Origin: Octopus sinensis
Lineage: Eukaryota
Length of the DNA: 64,000 nucleotides
Direction: 5' to 3'
Assembly: GCF_006345805.1 (NCBI RefSeq)
Contig: NC_043001.1
Coordinates: 19,034,001 to 19,098,000, forward strand
A model generated the notes under the pieces. It worked only from the letters and a program-made list of their open reading frames with translations. It searched no databases and was not told the DNA's origin. The position numbers were made by a program, and so were the translations under genes. This document shows positions 11,691 through 24,551 of the stretch, piece after piece. Each line of letters begins with the position of its first letter. The first letter of the stretch is position 1.

Positions 11691-12718
11691 GAGGGAGAGA
11701 GAGAGAGAGAGAGATGCGGCTCCAATGTTTATTGTGTGTGTGTGTATGTGCGTGTGTTTATTCGAGTGTGTGCGTGGGTGTATGCTTTCGAGTCTACGTA
11801 AGCATGTTGCTGCGAGCGTATGCGTAAGTGCATGCTTCTGTGACTGTGTCTGTTTGTGCATATATGTGCATTTAAGTGTGTGTCAGTGTATGTTTTCATG
11901 TGAGCGCAAGCATGTTCGTGTATCTGAGTCATCAATACGTGTGTGTGTTTGTGTGTGCTGCTGTCTGTGTGTCGTGCAAAAGCAGTTAACACCTGAGCTA
12001 CACCGGCACTGTTAACCTAAATTGAAAGAATCGTGTTCAAACGGCAAAGATTCCAATATCACAGAGAAGAGATTGAAGACAAGAGGGAGAGGAAGGAGCA
12101 GGAGAAGGTGAAGAAGGAAGAGAAAGGGAGAGAAAGGGAGAAGATTGACAATTAGGTTTCTGTGTCAGCGATAATAAATTAAGATAACGCGATTGAGCAA
12201 TAAAGAAGACAACCGGTCTATCAGATAGAGTAGCGGAGGCGATGGTCACGCGGGATAATAGAATCCTTGATATACTATGCCTGAAAATACAAGATGGTGA
12301 TTACTGAGATTCAGCTGATTATAGGTTTTCTTGATTAAGGTTCACTTGGGAGAAAATAAAAGCAACAACAATAACAAACCGATCCAGTATGGATGCCTAT
12401 GTCTAGGTGGCCGCTCGGCTAGCTAGAAATAACAGCTAATTTTCCCGTGCTAAAATAAATAAAAAGAGCGAGAATAACTCATTGGATATATATTCTTAAG
12501 TTGACCATGCTGATTAAGACGGGATTGTTGTGGTTGGAAAGACTTTGATCATAGGCCTGTCCGATTGGAGAAGATCAAGGGCTGTACAACATTAATAGCG
12601 CAATATCAAAAGGTATCTAAGGTGGTGTGGTCCTCATTGTTTAGCCACAAGTCTACTGTGATTAAGCAGACTTTTGATCAAAAATGTTCCAGGTTTTGTG
12701 TATGTACACAAATGCATA

Positions 12719-12945
12719 CGAGGAAGTGCCGAAAAGTTCCTAGTTTTGAGTAAAAGAAAATACAGGTGGGTCGGTTAATTATGATTTTATTCAACATATT
12801 CCCCTCTGAGATTCACACATTTATTGCAGAGGTCCTTCAGTTTTTGTAAGCCTTCTAAAGGAACTCGGAAGGTTGGGCCTCCAACCAGGCCCTTCGAGAT
12901 ACCCTTAAAGCTATACATACTGGTACAAAATGCCTGATAAACAAA
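12719..12945 (-). mobile_element. mariner remnant (one terminus and transposase C-terminus)
   Basis: TA|cgaggaagtgccgaaaagttcc terminus. Minus-strand LEGLQKLKDLCNKCVNLRGEYVE* resembles the mariner end motif GI.KL..RW.KCV...G.YVE. Confidence 0.7.
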
Positions 12946-13464
12946 GGACAATAAAACCCTTGGATCCCGAAGATGCAACCGAAAATGTCAATTACATCAC
13001 ATTTTTCTGTGGAAGGCTTCACACGTTTTACCAATAGCTGCCCAAAAACGTCATCTAGGTATTACCTCCGAATGCGATTTGTCTTTGTCACTAAAGCAAT
13101 ATACAATGCCATCCGTTAAAAGACTGTCCTGGGATAAGTTTAGATAATAATATATAATATAATGTATAATATGATATATAATATATAATACAATGTATAA
13201 TATGCTATATAATATATGATATAATGTTTACACAAAACATCAGTACAATGAATATTGGTAGAACATACTCATCAAAACGTTTACTAAGTCCAAACATGGC
13301 AGGCCGGATATCGTTTGGGGGTGGGGAAAGAGAAGAAAAAATATGTTACGTCACAGAAATCATCTCCCCTGCAGTTATGAATATCTCTTCGAAAGTCAAA
13401 GAGAAAGAAGATAACTGCGGACAATTGCTTCGAAAACTCTAGGTTCTATATCCAGATTATGAAT

Positions 13465-13914
13465 AAGCGCAGGAGTGGCTGTGTGGTAAGTAACTTGCTT
13501 ACCAACCACATCGTTCCGGGTTCAGTCCCACTGCGTGGCACCTTGGGCAAGTGTCTTCTACTATAGCCTTGGGCCGACGAAAGCCTTGTGAGTGGATTTG
13601 ATAGACGGAAACTGAAAGAAGCCCGTCCTATATATATATATATATATATGTGTTTGTGTGCGTGTGTGTGAGTCTATGTATGTATGTTGTGTATATGTTT
13701 GTGTGTCTGTGTTTGTCCCCCCAGCATCGCTTGACAACCGATACTGGTGTTTAAGTCCTCGTAACCTAGCGGTTCGGCAAAAGAGCTGATAGAATATAAG
13801 TACTGGGCTTACAAAGAATAAGTCCTGGGGTCGGTTTGCTCGACTAAAGGCGTCTCTCTAGCATGGCCGCAGTCAAATGACTGAAACAAGTAAAAGAGTA
13901 AAAGAGTAAAGAGT
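13465..13914 (+). mobile_element. SINE family A, full length
   Basis: Head, central TA/TG array, body and (taaaagag)n tail. Confidence 0.92.
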
Positions 13915-14005
13915 ACATTTGTAAGATTGGTGCCCTTGGTTCGATGAATAAACGCTTAAGTGATAATGTGGAAGAGCTACGGTTCTCAAGAAAAGAAATC
14001 AACCT

Positions 14006-14133
14006 ATTTCTTTACTACCCACAAGGGGCTAAACACAGAGGGGACAAACAAGGACAGACACACGGATTAAGTCGATTACATCGACCCCAGTGCGTAACTG
14101 GTACTTATTTAATCGACCCCGAAAGGATAAAAA
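14006..14133 (-). mobile_element. SINE family B, 3' half
   Basis: Reverse complement of ggggtcgattaaataagtaccagttacgcac...gtagtaaagaaa. Confidence 0.85.
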
Positions 14134-14523
14134 GAAATCAACCATCCACACAGACATTACAAATACAATCTGTAAACAAAACAGTAAAAATATTGAAGAC
14201 TTTTCCCAAGTTCAGCATGTGACGTTTTCGTTGTCTACATTTCACTGATGAAGCACTTTATATCTTTGTTAGAAAACATATATACACATGCACACACATA
14301 CACACTTATGTATAATACACACACACATATGTGTGTGTGTGTGTGTGTGTAAATATTTATGTGTGTAAATATATATATATATGTATATACACACACACCT
14401 ACATGATACATACACACATGCATACATTATGGAAGTATAAGTATCTGTCTATCTATTTATGTATCTAGCTATCTATCTAGGTATTTGTCTGTCTATCTGT
14501 CTGCCTATCTATCTATCTATCTA

Positions 14524-14678
<155 letters not shown>

Positions 14679-15010
14679 CGTATGTATTTGTGTGTGTTTT
14701 CATTTGTGTGTGTATGTACGTGTATTATTTGTACGTAATGCCTACAGGTATTGATTTCCAACAATGAAAACATTTGTCTTATAATTCAATTCCTTCACTG
14801 ACATGATATCAAATTATTGAATAATTTTTCTCTCAAATCTGGTTTTATAATTCCTTTTTCCTTCTCAATTTTCAACATGTGATTTCCTTCGCGCGTGTCT
14901 CCGCTCAATTTCAGATACTACGAACGAGAGTGAAGGCTCCGTTTTCAAAGAGAGATTTATAAAGTTAACATTTTATACGGGTTGTATATTATTCAGTGTG
15001 TATAAATATA

Positions 15011-15091
<81 letters not shown>

Positions 15092-16297
15092 ATGTATGTA
15101 TGTATGTATGTATGTATGTATGTATGTATGTATGTATGTATATATACATACGTACAAGAATACATGCATTCATACACACATGCATACACATATATGTATA
15201 TACATAGATATACATGTGTATGCATAGATATATACGCGTGTGTGTTAGTGTTAGTGTGTGTGTATGTATGTGTGTGTGTGTGTGTGTTCAGGGTATCTTA
15301 AATTTCTCATCTGCTTAAATTGCTAAAATTTAAACTCAATCTGCATATTTTTATTCGTGTATAATTTAATTGCTCTGTATTTTTGGCAATAAACATCTAT
15401 AAATTCTCCTGACTAAATCTTCCTTTATCTAGCTTTTCTAATACTTAAAAACAGTCCGTCATCTTTATGTTGAATAGACAGGAAAATATAGCTTACAGTT
15501 CACGTCTGTCCTGCGCTTTTAGAACACTTAAACAGCAAAGATAAGCACTTTTTCTTACAGCATTTACTTATATCACTCTCTGAAATACTTTAAAAGAGCC
15601 ATTTTCAGTCCTTTTTGGCGATGGTTTCCTTAGGAACTCTTCTCTCAGGTGCTCAGGACCCTATTTTGAAACTTTTTTTGTAAATTTCTTCCATTGAAAA
15701 TTTCACTCAAATTCCAAATAGATAAACAATCTATCGCTCCCATCCAATAAGGTCATGTCGCTCCCTTTGGAAATGACTGCTTTAGAATATTTGAATATTT
15801 TAGGATATTTTCGTGTACTGGTATATTTCCATATGAAGGTTTCCAAATAAATTTCCACCTGAATATACCCACATATATAAACTCAGGTAATATACCTATG
15901 ACATGGGTTCAGCATGTCAAATGTAAATACGGTAGGATTTCACATATATATGATATATATGCGAATGTATTACATAATAGCTCCTTTGTCATTCAATAAT
16001 TAGTATGTGCGCTTTTGACTTGAGCGTGCAAGAGTGTGTGTATTTTGTGAAAGCAATGAACAAAAACCAAGAATGCAAAAGACAACACGGGAGAAACGGG
16101 TTTAACAAATATGTTTGTTTAACGGTTGGAAAGAACGGAAAATTGTCTTAACGTTTGGATGTTAGTCTTTCATCAGAAGAAAAAATATATAAGAAGCATA
16201 AGAAGGGGTGTGAAAGCGGGAAAGAGACAGAGAGAGGAGATAAAACCGTGGCTCATCCAAGTAGTGAGGAAATAGAAGCTGTCTCTAAAGATTCTCT

Positions 16298-16501
16298 TTT
16301 ACTCTTTTACTTTTTTAATTGTTTCAGTCATTTGACTGTGGCCATGCTGGAGCATCACCTTTATAGTCGAGCAAATTGCCCCCAGAGCTTATTCTTTCTA
16401 AGCCTAGTACTTTACGTCCCCGTAACCGCTAAGTTACGGGGACGTAAACACACCAGCATCGGTTGTCAAGCGATGCTGGGGGGACAAACATTACACACAC
16501 C

Positions 16502-16555
<54 letters not shown>

Positions 16556-16724
16556 GATATATATACGGCTTCTTTCAGTTTCTGTCTACCAAATCCACTA
16601 ACAAGGCTTTGGTCGGCCCGAGGCTATAGTAGAAGACATTTGCCCAAGGTGCCACGCAGTGGGACTGAACCCCGGAACCATGTGGCTGGTAATCAAGCTA
16701 CTTACCACACAGCCACTCCTGCGC
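16298..16724 (-). mobile_element. SINE family A, full length
   Basis: Complete reverse-complement match. Confidence 0.9.
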
Positions 16725-17811
16725 CGATATTTTAAAATCTTAAGACAAGTAGGTCCAATAACATTAATTGTTGAAATATTTGATCAATATAGAGAATAGA
16801 CATTTCCATTCCTTCTTCAAACTTATGATTAACTGTTTACATCAAAAATAAATTTTACCTTGCTTTCCTTAGCAGATGTGAGTTGTACCTCATCATGCAA
16901 TTTAAGAAAATAATAGTTAAATTTTCAGATCATCATTTTCGTTTTTCAAGATGATCGCTTAAATTTCACCAACTTTGCGATTTTATTTCAGGAACCTAAT
17001 GCATTTATGAAGAGACAGACTGACGACAGAAAACCACACCAAAATATTGATCTTTCCAAGATAAATATCACTTGATAAGGTTTCAGAGAAAAAAAAATCG
17101 TTAAAATATTTTAAGAAAACGGACAGCTTAAAAAACGATTTTTCATTCCACAAAGAAATATTAAACGGTAGTTTCCTTTTAGTACCGATGTTTAACTTCC
17201 GAAACGTCTCACCACTTTCATTATTTTCTGGTTTCTTTTTAACATTAAAAATACATGCATTTTCTTAAAATTCCGAAGAACAGTTAACTTCAAGACTTCA
17301 GGGATAATAGTATTGCAAGAGATTTATCGATTTTGTTTTATTTTCTCCTTATATAATTCAATACAATATCAACCTTTTAACATTTGTATCCCTCAGTCTT
17401 TTCCTGGGAATTGTAAAGCTGTCTTCTGTATCATTATCACTGTGACGAGGATCTGAGTTATTGATGCTTATGAGATTATTATGTTAAGTATGATAATATT
17501 TGAATTTACAGCTTCCTAATTTCCAGAAGCTAATTTGAATTTGATGACGTATTGATTTGAAAGTTTGCTACTTACCAGTTCAGTCTACAATTTTACTATT
17601 AACAGACCAAGAGTAAGTAATTTCGAGAGTGAATATCAATCAACGTTAGTGATATCTTAATGGTTAAACCATAGACTTATATATCTATCAATACTCCCAT
17701 GGTAACTAGTTTGCTCTAAGCTTTAAGTCTTTAAACTTTAAAAGTTGCATTCAGAATAGATTAAGCCAAGCTGTTGCTGTTTCACTTCTAATATAATTAT
17801 AATATATTGGT

Positions 17812-18420
17812 AAAGGTGACACGCTGTCAAAATCGTTAGCACCCCGGTCAAAATGCTTAGTGGCATTTCGTCTGTCGTTGCGTTCTGAGTTAAAATTCCG
17901 CCGAGGTCGACTTTGCCTTTCATCCTTTCAGGGTCGATAAATTAAGTAGAAAGTTACGCACTGGGGTCGATGTAATCGACTTAATCCGTTTGTCTGTCCT
18001 TGTTTGTTCCCTCTATGTTTAGCCCCTTGTGGTTAATAAAGAAATAGGTATTTCGTCTGTCTTTATGTTCTGAGTTCAAATTCCGCCGCGGTCGACTTTG
18101 CCTTTCATCCTTTCGGGGTCGATAAATTGAGTACCAGTTCCGTACTGGGTCAGTCTAATCGACTGGCTACTTCCCCAAAATTTCAGGCCTTGTGCCTAGA
18201 GTAGAAAAGAATATATTGGTAAAGGTGATACGCTGGCAAAATCGTTAGCACCCGGGGGGAAATGCTTAGCGGCATTTCGTCCGCCCTTACGTTCTGAGTT
18301 CAAATTCCGCCGAGATCTTCTTAGCCTGTCGTCATTTCGGGGTCGATAAAATAAGTACCAGTTGAACCTTGGGATCAATGTTATCGACTTACCCCTTCTG
18401 GTACCAAAATTTGAAACCAA
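17812..18420 (+). mobile_element. SINE family B tandem cluster
   Basis: Headed unit, headless unit (18047) and second headed unit (18221); flanked by the direct repeat tataatatattggt at 17798 and 18421. Confidence 0.85.
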
Positions 18421-19475
18421 TATAATATATTGGTCGTGAAGTCAAATCAGTTTGATAATTGTATAATAGGTGTTCTGGCAGTGATAGTGTGCTCATAGTA
18501 TCATTGGTTTTATTGTTGCGCTTAAGTGCATATACCATCATGTCTGTGTTGACTCTCTTCTAATCAAAGGAATATTGCAGAAGAGATGAGAGACCATCTT
18601 GTATCAGCAGTTTTCTGTTGGTGATGGCACCATTTAATATGACAGTTATAACGAGTTTTATGACATAATTACTCGGGTGAGGTTACAATATGTCAAAGAA
18701 CAATAAATATTATTTCGGTTTGAAAAGAATTTATATTTTTGGATACAGAACTTAGTTAATTATTTATTATCACAAGAAATTGAACTTTACAACGATTCCT
18801 TGATTAGTTTTAATGGAAAGTACCAGATCACCTTCGAAACAATAAAAGCCAAATATTTAATTCTCCAAATTTTTCTGATTTATAGAGACAGCAGATATAA
18901 TGAGATTAACATTCGAAGATGAGTCAGTTTTTTTTAAGCATATTAATTCCCAGTGAACCTTTAGAAATTGCTGAATGAGAAACTAACAAGTTTCAACTTG
19001 TCGTGAACCAAATATATTTTTCAGAAACTGAGAATAGGATGTGAAAAATAATCAGAGAGAAATTGTATTCAAATTAATTATGTCTTTAAGACATTTTCTT
19101 ATGCTACGACTATGAAGAGTTGCAATCAGAAATATATTACAGTTTATTGTAAGTAAAGAAACAAATATATCTGCAATGAATCAAAACTGGAACTAAATTA
19201 CAGATGTATTTGTTTTTTGTTGGTGTTTTTTTTTCCTTCGTATAATTTAGATTGATTAAAGAAAAATAGTAGAAGATAAGAAACATCAAAGCAGTTGTAC
19301 ATCATATCACGCTTAGTAGTAGCTCCAGCCTTGACATCCAACTCGATATTACTGCGAATTCAGATTTATTTATTTATTGATTTCTCCGTTTTCTTCAACA
19401 ATAGGAATTTAGACCGCGTTGACTTCAGCACCGTTTCCACCATTAAGAAAAAAAAGAATTAGAAGAAAGAGCAGG

Positions 19476-19848
19476 AGGGGCGAGGGGGAGGAGGAAAAGG
19501 AGGAGAAGAAGAAGAAGAAGAAGAAGAAGAAGAAGAAGAAGAAGAGGAAGTAGAGGAAGAAGAAGAAGAAGCGGAAGTAGAGGAAGAAGAAGAAGAAGAA
19601 GAAGAAGAGGAAGTAGAGGAAGAAGAAGAAGAAGAGGAAGTAGAGGAAGAAGAAGAAGTAGAAGAAGAGGAAGTAGAGGAAGAAGAGGAAGTAGAGGAAG
19701 AAGAACAAGAAGAACAAGAAGAACAAGAAGAACAAGAAGAACAAGAAGAAGAAGAAGGAGGAGGAGGCGGAGGAGGAGGAGGAGGAGAAGAAGAAGAAGA
19801 AGAAGAAGAAGAAGAAGAAGAAGAAGAAGAAGAAGAAGAAGAAGAAAG
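19476..19848. repeat. compound (GAA)n/(GAG)n trinucleotide tract
   Basis: Nearly pure purine strand with GAAGAGGAAGTAGAG and GAACAAGAA sub-blocks. Confidence 0.98.
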
Positions 19849-20157
19849 AGCGTCACTACAGACGCTGGGAACGATGTTAAATGAAGAATTTACAGCAAAG
19901 ACAGACTTGTATCAGGACACAGAAAAATAAGAATGCTGAAATCTAAAGATTCCAATTAACATCTTATGGTAGATTAGACTTACTATAAGTCAATGAGTTG
20001 CTGGAAGCGTGATAAGCAGTTTGTTTTTATGCTAATTATCTTATCTTTCAAGTGAGTCATCAGCGACCAGTGAACAAAGTCATAGCAACCATAACATTAC
20101 ATCTCCTTTTTTAACGGCCTTATTATCCAATGTGGTCTTTCTTTTGGTCTCAAGCAT

Positions 20158-20579
20158 TTGTCTTATGAAGAATGGCTGAAGACGCTCGACCTTTATTCTC
20201 TAGAAAAACGACGACGCCGTGGTGATCTCATTCTTGCTCACAACATCATAAGCGGAAAGTGTAACCTCTCGAAAGAGCTGTTCTTCACTCCTGCTCCAGA
20301 ACGTCGGCTGCGGGGGTCACTCCGAAAAGCTCTATCTGAGACGATTTCATCTCAATCGAAGGAGAGGTGCTTTCTCCGTCCGGGTTGCGGATCCGTGGAA
20401 TAAGCTGCCGGACGAGATAGTGAAGATGCCGACGACCGCTCGGTTCAAAGTCTCTCTTGACCAGAAGTGGCCTGAACTCTTTGCATGAACACCCTCCCTG
20501 TACATAACTCCATGTCCCCCTACATGGCCTTGCGTTTTGCTTTTTTGAGCCAAAACATTAACTTAACTTAACTTAACTT
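20158..20579 (+). mobile_element. CR1-clade LINE 3' fragment
   Basis: LSYEEWLKTLDLYSLEKRRRRGDLI..RLRG/HSEKL..FSVRVADPWNKLP..FKVSLD (one frameshift, stop 20486-20488), short 3' UTR and (taact)n tail. Confidence 0.88.
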
Positions 20580-20777
20580 CTAACAAGTAAGGATTTGATC
20601 TGGGAATGATGTGAAACTATTGACCATGGATACGGAACTAGTGGCCATGCAGATATTGTCTGGAAGGGTAGTGCGCCTTGTTTCATACTAAAAGCAATTA
20701 TAACTCCTCGCAGTGGACTTGGTGAGTTCAATGTCTTCGAAGCAGATGCAATATAACACAACTGGAAACATTATCAG

Positions 20778-20825
20778 GCGGGACATAGCTCAGTGGTAGA
20801 GTATTGATTTGAAGATCAAGGGGTC
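20778..20825 (+). pseudogene. truncated tRNA-like fragment (tRNA-Cys-like 5' two-thirds)
   Basis: catagctcagtggtagagtattgatttgaagatcaaggggtc resembles the metazoan tRNA-Cys D-arm and anticodon arm (loop now TTGAAGA); no T-arm and no 3' acceptor strand. Confidence 0.5.
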
Positions 20826-21099
20826 TGCAATACTCTCATGAGTATCCCATCTTTTGATGCCTTTAAGTCAACGAAAGAACTTCTATGCAATTGTTGAGCC
20901 TGTGACTGCTGACCCTCCCGCACCCGTCCCACCTCAGAATCATATCTCATTGTTGCCGAAAAAGAAGAAAAGATATTAGCTTAGGAAATCGTAGATAAGT
21001 CTGAAATAACACATACAGCCACAGCGGAAATTTCTGCGTTCATAAGTCTGTTAGTTCGTACAGTTGTCCATTAATTTTTAATTCGATTACTTATGTCTA

Positions 21100-21587
21100 C
21101 AGTGATCCCTCGCTACTTCGCGGTTCAACTATCGCGGATTCACGATTTTAAAAATATATATATATGAACACCTAAAATTTTTCATTAAATCCATTGAAAT
21201 ATTAATAATATATATTATTTCCTAGTCTAGGAACAGCAAAACAAGCGTAAAATAGCAAAAAAGCATATTCAGGGGCATTTGAAGTTAAGACAGGCTGTGA
21301 TCGGTGCAATGGAGGGAGACGACGAATCACAGCTTTCTATTTTGTAATCTGGCCTGTATAACAGTAACAATCTTTATTCTTTTTAATCTAAAGTGTTATT
21401 GCTTAACAGTTGTCCTTGATGTTAATACACTACTGTAATGGATAGGTTGTTAACAGTACAGGGAGGGTTTTAAAAGTCCAAATACACGTTAAATAAATAC
21501 TGTAAATATGGTGTCCCTACTTCGCGGAAATTCAGTTATCGCGGCCGGTCTCTGAACCAATCTACCGCGATAAACGAGGGATCACTG
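21100..21587 (+). mobile_element. pogo/Tigger-type non-autonomous DNA transposon
   Basis: TA target duplication on both sides and cagtgatccctcg terminal inverted repeats; shares both ends with 31131-32268. Confidence 0.85.
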
Positions 21588-21868
21588 TATTGACATCGTC
21601 AGTTATAACATTTGATTTGGCCAGCTGCGATTCATTAATCTACTAACTCCGAGTCAAGGCAAATAGAAAGACTTATACAATTAAGAGAGAAAGTAAAAAA
21701 CGAAACACAAAAGACAGATATCAGCAAACTGGAAATCGTCTTGAAGATTATACGGTAGATTTTTGCAGGATTGGTCAAGTTCGCATTTTATGAGATGTGA
21801 AGAAATCCGACGTTTCAGAAATATCCCAAACTCTGTGAGAACCAAAGAGTTTGCTTTCGAACCAGATG

Positions 21869-21986
21869 GATCCGGGTTCAGTCCCACTGCGTGGCACCTT
21901 GGCAAGTGTCTTCTACTTATAGGCTCGGGCCGAATAAAACCTCGTGAGGGGATTTGGTGGACGGAAACTGAAAGAGGCCCGTCGTA

Positions 21987-22041
<55 letters not shown>

Positions 22042-22288
22042 TATATATGTGTGTGTATATGTATGTGTGTGTCTGTGTGTGTCTGTGTTTGTCCCCCAAC
22101 ATCGCTTGACAACCGATGCTGGTGTGTTTACGTCCCCGTACGTAACTTAGCGGTTCGGCAAAAGAGACCGATAGAGTAAGTACTAGGCTTACAAAGATTA
22201 AGTCCTGGGGTCGATGTGCTCGGTTAAAAGGCGGTTCTTCAGCATGGCCACAGTCAAATGACTGAAACAAGTAAAAGAGTAAAAGAGT
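21869..22288 (+). mobile_element. SINE family A, slightly 5'-truncated
   Basis: Starts at ccgggttcagtccc; complete 3' end. Confidence 0.9.
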
Positions 22289-22545
22289 AAAATAGTTGAA
22301 ATACTTTCTTTCTCTCAAAGAAAGGGACACTTTCTAAATGTCAGATTCTCCATCTCCCAAAGATTCATGAATCTATTCAAATTCACACATTATATAGCAC
22401 AATAATTTACAGGCGATATTTTCACGACTGCAACAAAAATAAAAACCAAATCGTTATATTGTTAACATGTGCAAAAAGATAATCTAAACTATGAACTAAT
22501 GTGACCGATTCTACATGGTTATTCAACCGGCTAAAAATAGATACT

Positions 22546-22754
22546 CTTTTACTTGTTTCAGTCATTTGACTGTGGCCGTGCTATGGCACCGCATTTTAGT
22601 CGAGCAAATCGACCCCGGGACTTATTCTTTGTAAGCCTAGTACTCATTTTATCGGGCTCTTTTGCCGAAACGCTAGGTTACGGGGACGTAAACACACCAG
22701 CATCGGTTGTCAAGCGATGTTGGTGGGGGGGAAACACAACACACAAACACACAC

Positions 22755-22787
<33 letters not shown>

Positions 22788-22788
22788 T

Positions 22789-22845
<57 letters not shown>

Positions 22846-23276
22846 TATACACATATATATATATACATATATATATATACGTGTGTACCGTTGGCGATTT
22901 TTTTCCTCTGTCTTCCCTTCTCTGGATCTTACCTTCTCCTATGTTTCCGACGAAGAGCTCCGCTCGAAACGTTAAACCCTCCTTCTTCCCTTCCTTCCTG
23001 AGCGTCCAATAATACTATATTTGTTCCACGTCCTCGCGTTGTTGTGTTTTCTCTTTGTGTTTTCATGTTTGGATTAACTATATATATATATATAAATATG
23101 TATATATATATACGACTGGCTTCTTTCAGTTTCCGTCTACCAAATCCACTCACAAGGCTTTGGTCGGCCCGAGGCTATAGTAGAAGACACTTGCCCAAGG
23201 TGCCACGCAGTGGGACTGAACTCAGAACCATGTGATTGCTAAGTAAGCTACTTACCACACAGCCACTCCTACGCCT
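22546..23276 (-). mobile_element. SINE family A with an insertion in its central microsatellite
   Basis: Tail half 22546-22800 and head half 23100-23276, separated by a hammerhead-bearing insert. Confidence 0.85.
22943..22977 (+). ncRNA. minimal hammerhead-like motif (CCGACGA variant)
   Basis: gttt-CCGACGA-A-GAGC-tcc-GCTC-GAAA-CG-TT-aaac, followed by a cctgagcg..aatac..ttcca tail related to 27632, 41620, 44140, 45000 and 45530. Confidence 0.6.
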
Positions 23277-23484
23277 AAAAGGTGTTAATTCTTTTCAAAA
23301 CACTCTCTGCCATTAAATTAAATACAAAGATAGATGAGGTCCTTGGATACTCCGAAGAAAAGTAAATGAATAAAGGATGTCATTGTTGAACTGGATTTGA
23401 TCTCAGGTCTTCGCTATAAGGGTTGACGATAGGCTAAGCAACAACAATAGCAACAACATCCGCAACAGTAGCAACAGCAGTGGA

Positions 23485-23860
23485 GGCGCAATGGCCCAGT
23501 GGTTAGGGCTGCGGACTCGCGGTCGGAGGATCGCGGTTTCGATTCCCAGACCGGGCGTTGTGTGTGTTTAATGAGCGAAAACACCTAAAGCTCCACGAGG
23601 CTCCGGCAAGGGGTGGTGGCGACCCTTGTTGTACTATTTCGCCCCAACTTTCTCTCACTCTTTCTTCCTGCTTCTTGTCTCCGACTTCCTACGCAACCGC
23701 TGAGCCTGGATGCACATTCATCCATCCGTCGATGCTCTCGGTGTCGGGGGTTGACCTGCTTTCTCTTCTGCGGGTCTTACGAATAGCAAAGGACCACGTT
23801 ACGGACTTCTCCTTCTACAGAGGCGTGATCTTGCGAGCTCTGGGACGAAGACCGTTCGCT
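23485..23860 (+). mobile_element. SINE family C (tRNA-derived)
   Basis: ggcgcaatggcccagtggttagg..gtttcgattccc head; second copy at 35866-36188; CAA/CAG-rich flanks. Confidence 0.85.
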
Positions 23861-24052
23861 CAACAGCAACAGCAACAGCAGTAGCAACAGCAAGACAATA
23901 ACAGCTTTAAAACAGTTTCTATTGGATTCTGAATGCAATCGACAATTTCTGTTATAGTATCCTGAATGAAATATCTGGTTATATAATCAAATTTATATGA
24001 ACAGATAGCTAATTATTTGTCCAGCACCTATGCAAAAACATTATGCTCTCTC

Positions 24053-24119
<67 letters not shown>

Positions 24120-24551
24120 CTCGTAGCCGAAGGGTAGGAGCCTGTGACCTCAGATTCATCACTTCCTAACGATTGACTAACTGTTCCTGACACAATCAAT
24201 CTCCAATTTCTTTTGATCCTATATTTTGCTGTATTTATTCCAATCTCTGAGATTCTGTAGCTGGAAGGCATTGTTTTCGATTACGTCAAATACTTCGAAG
24301 CAATTTCTCCAATGTGATTATATACTCATCTGTATTCGACATTCTCATCTGCAGCGACTTCATGGCAAGCGCTGTATTCTATTTGTGACCAATTATAAAA
24401 TGATACGTGGCGTCGAAGTTTGCTTGACAACCATGCGATTCCGAATTCGATCACACGGCATGGCACTTTGGGCAAGTGCCACCTACAACAACTTCTTGTT
24501 GACCAAGGACTTGTGTGTGGAATTTGATAAACGAAAAGTGTGCGAAAGTTA

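Noticed and set aside
14243-14285. CTGATGA..GAAA hammerhead-like match
   Set aside because: Stem II is weak and stem I cannot be formed.
17580-17618. Acceptor-like ..ttaacag, 7 nt, then GTAAGT (micro-exon)
   Set aside because: The length is not a multiple of three and the longer alternatives contain stops; no supporting neighbours.
19409-19856. Poly-Phe and poly-Leu ORFs resembling membrane proteins
   Set aside because: Reverse strand of the GAA tract.
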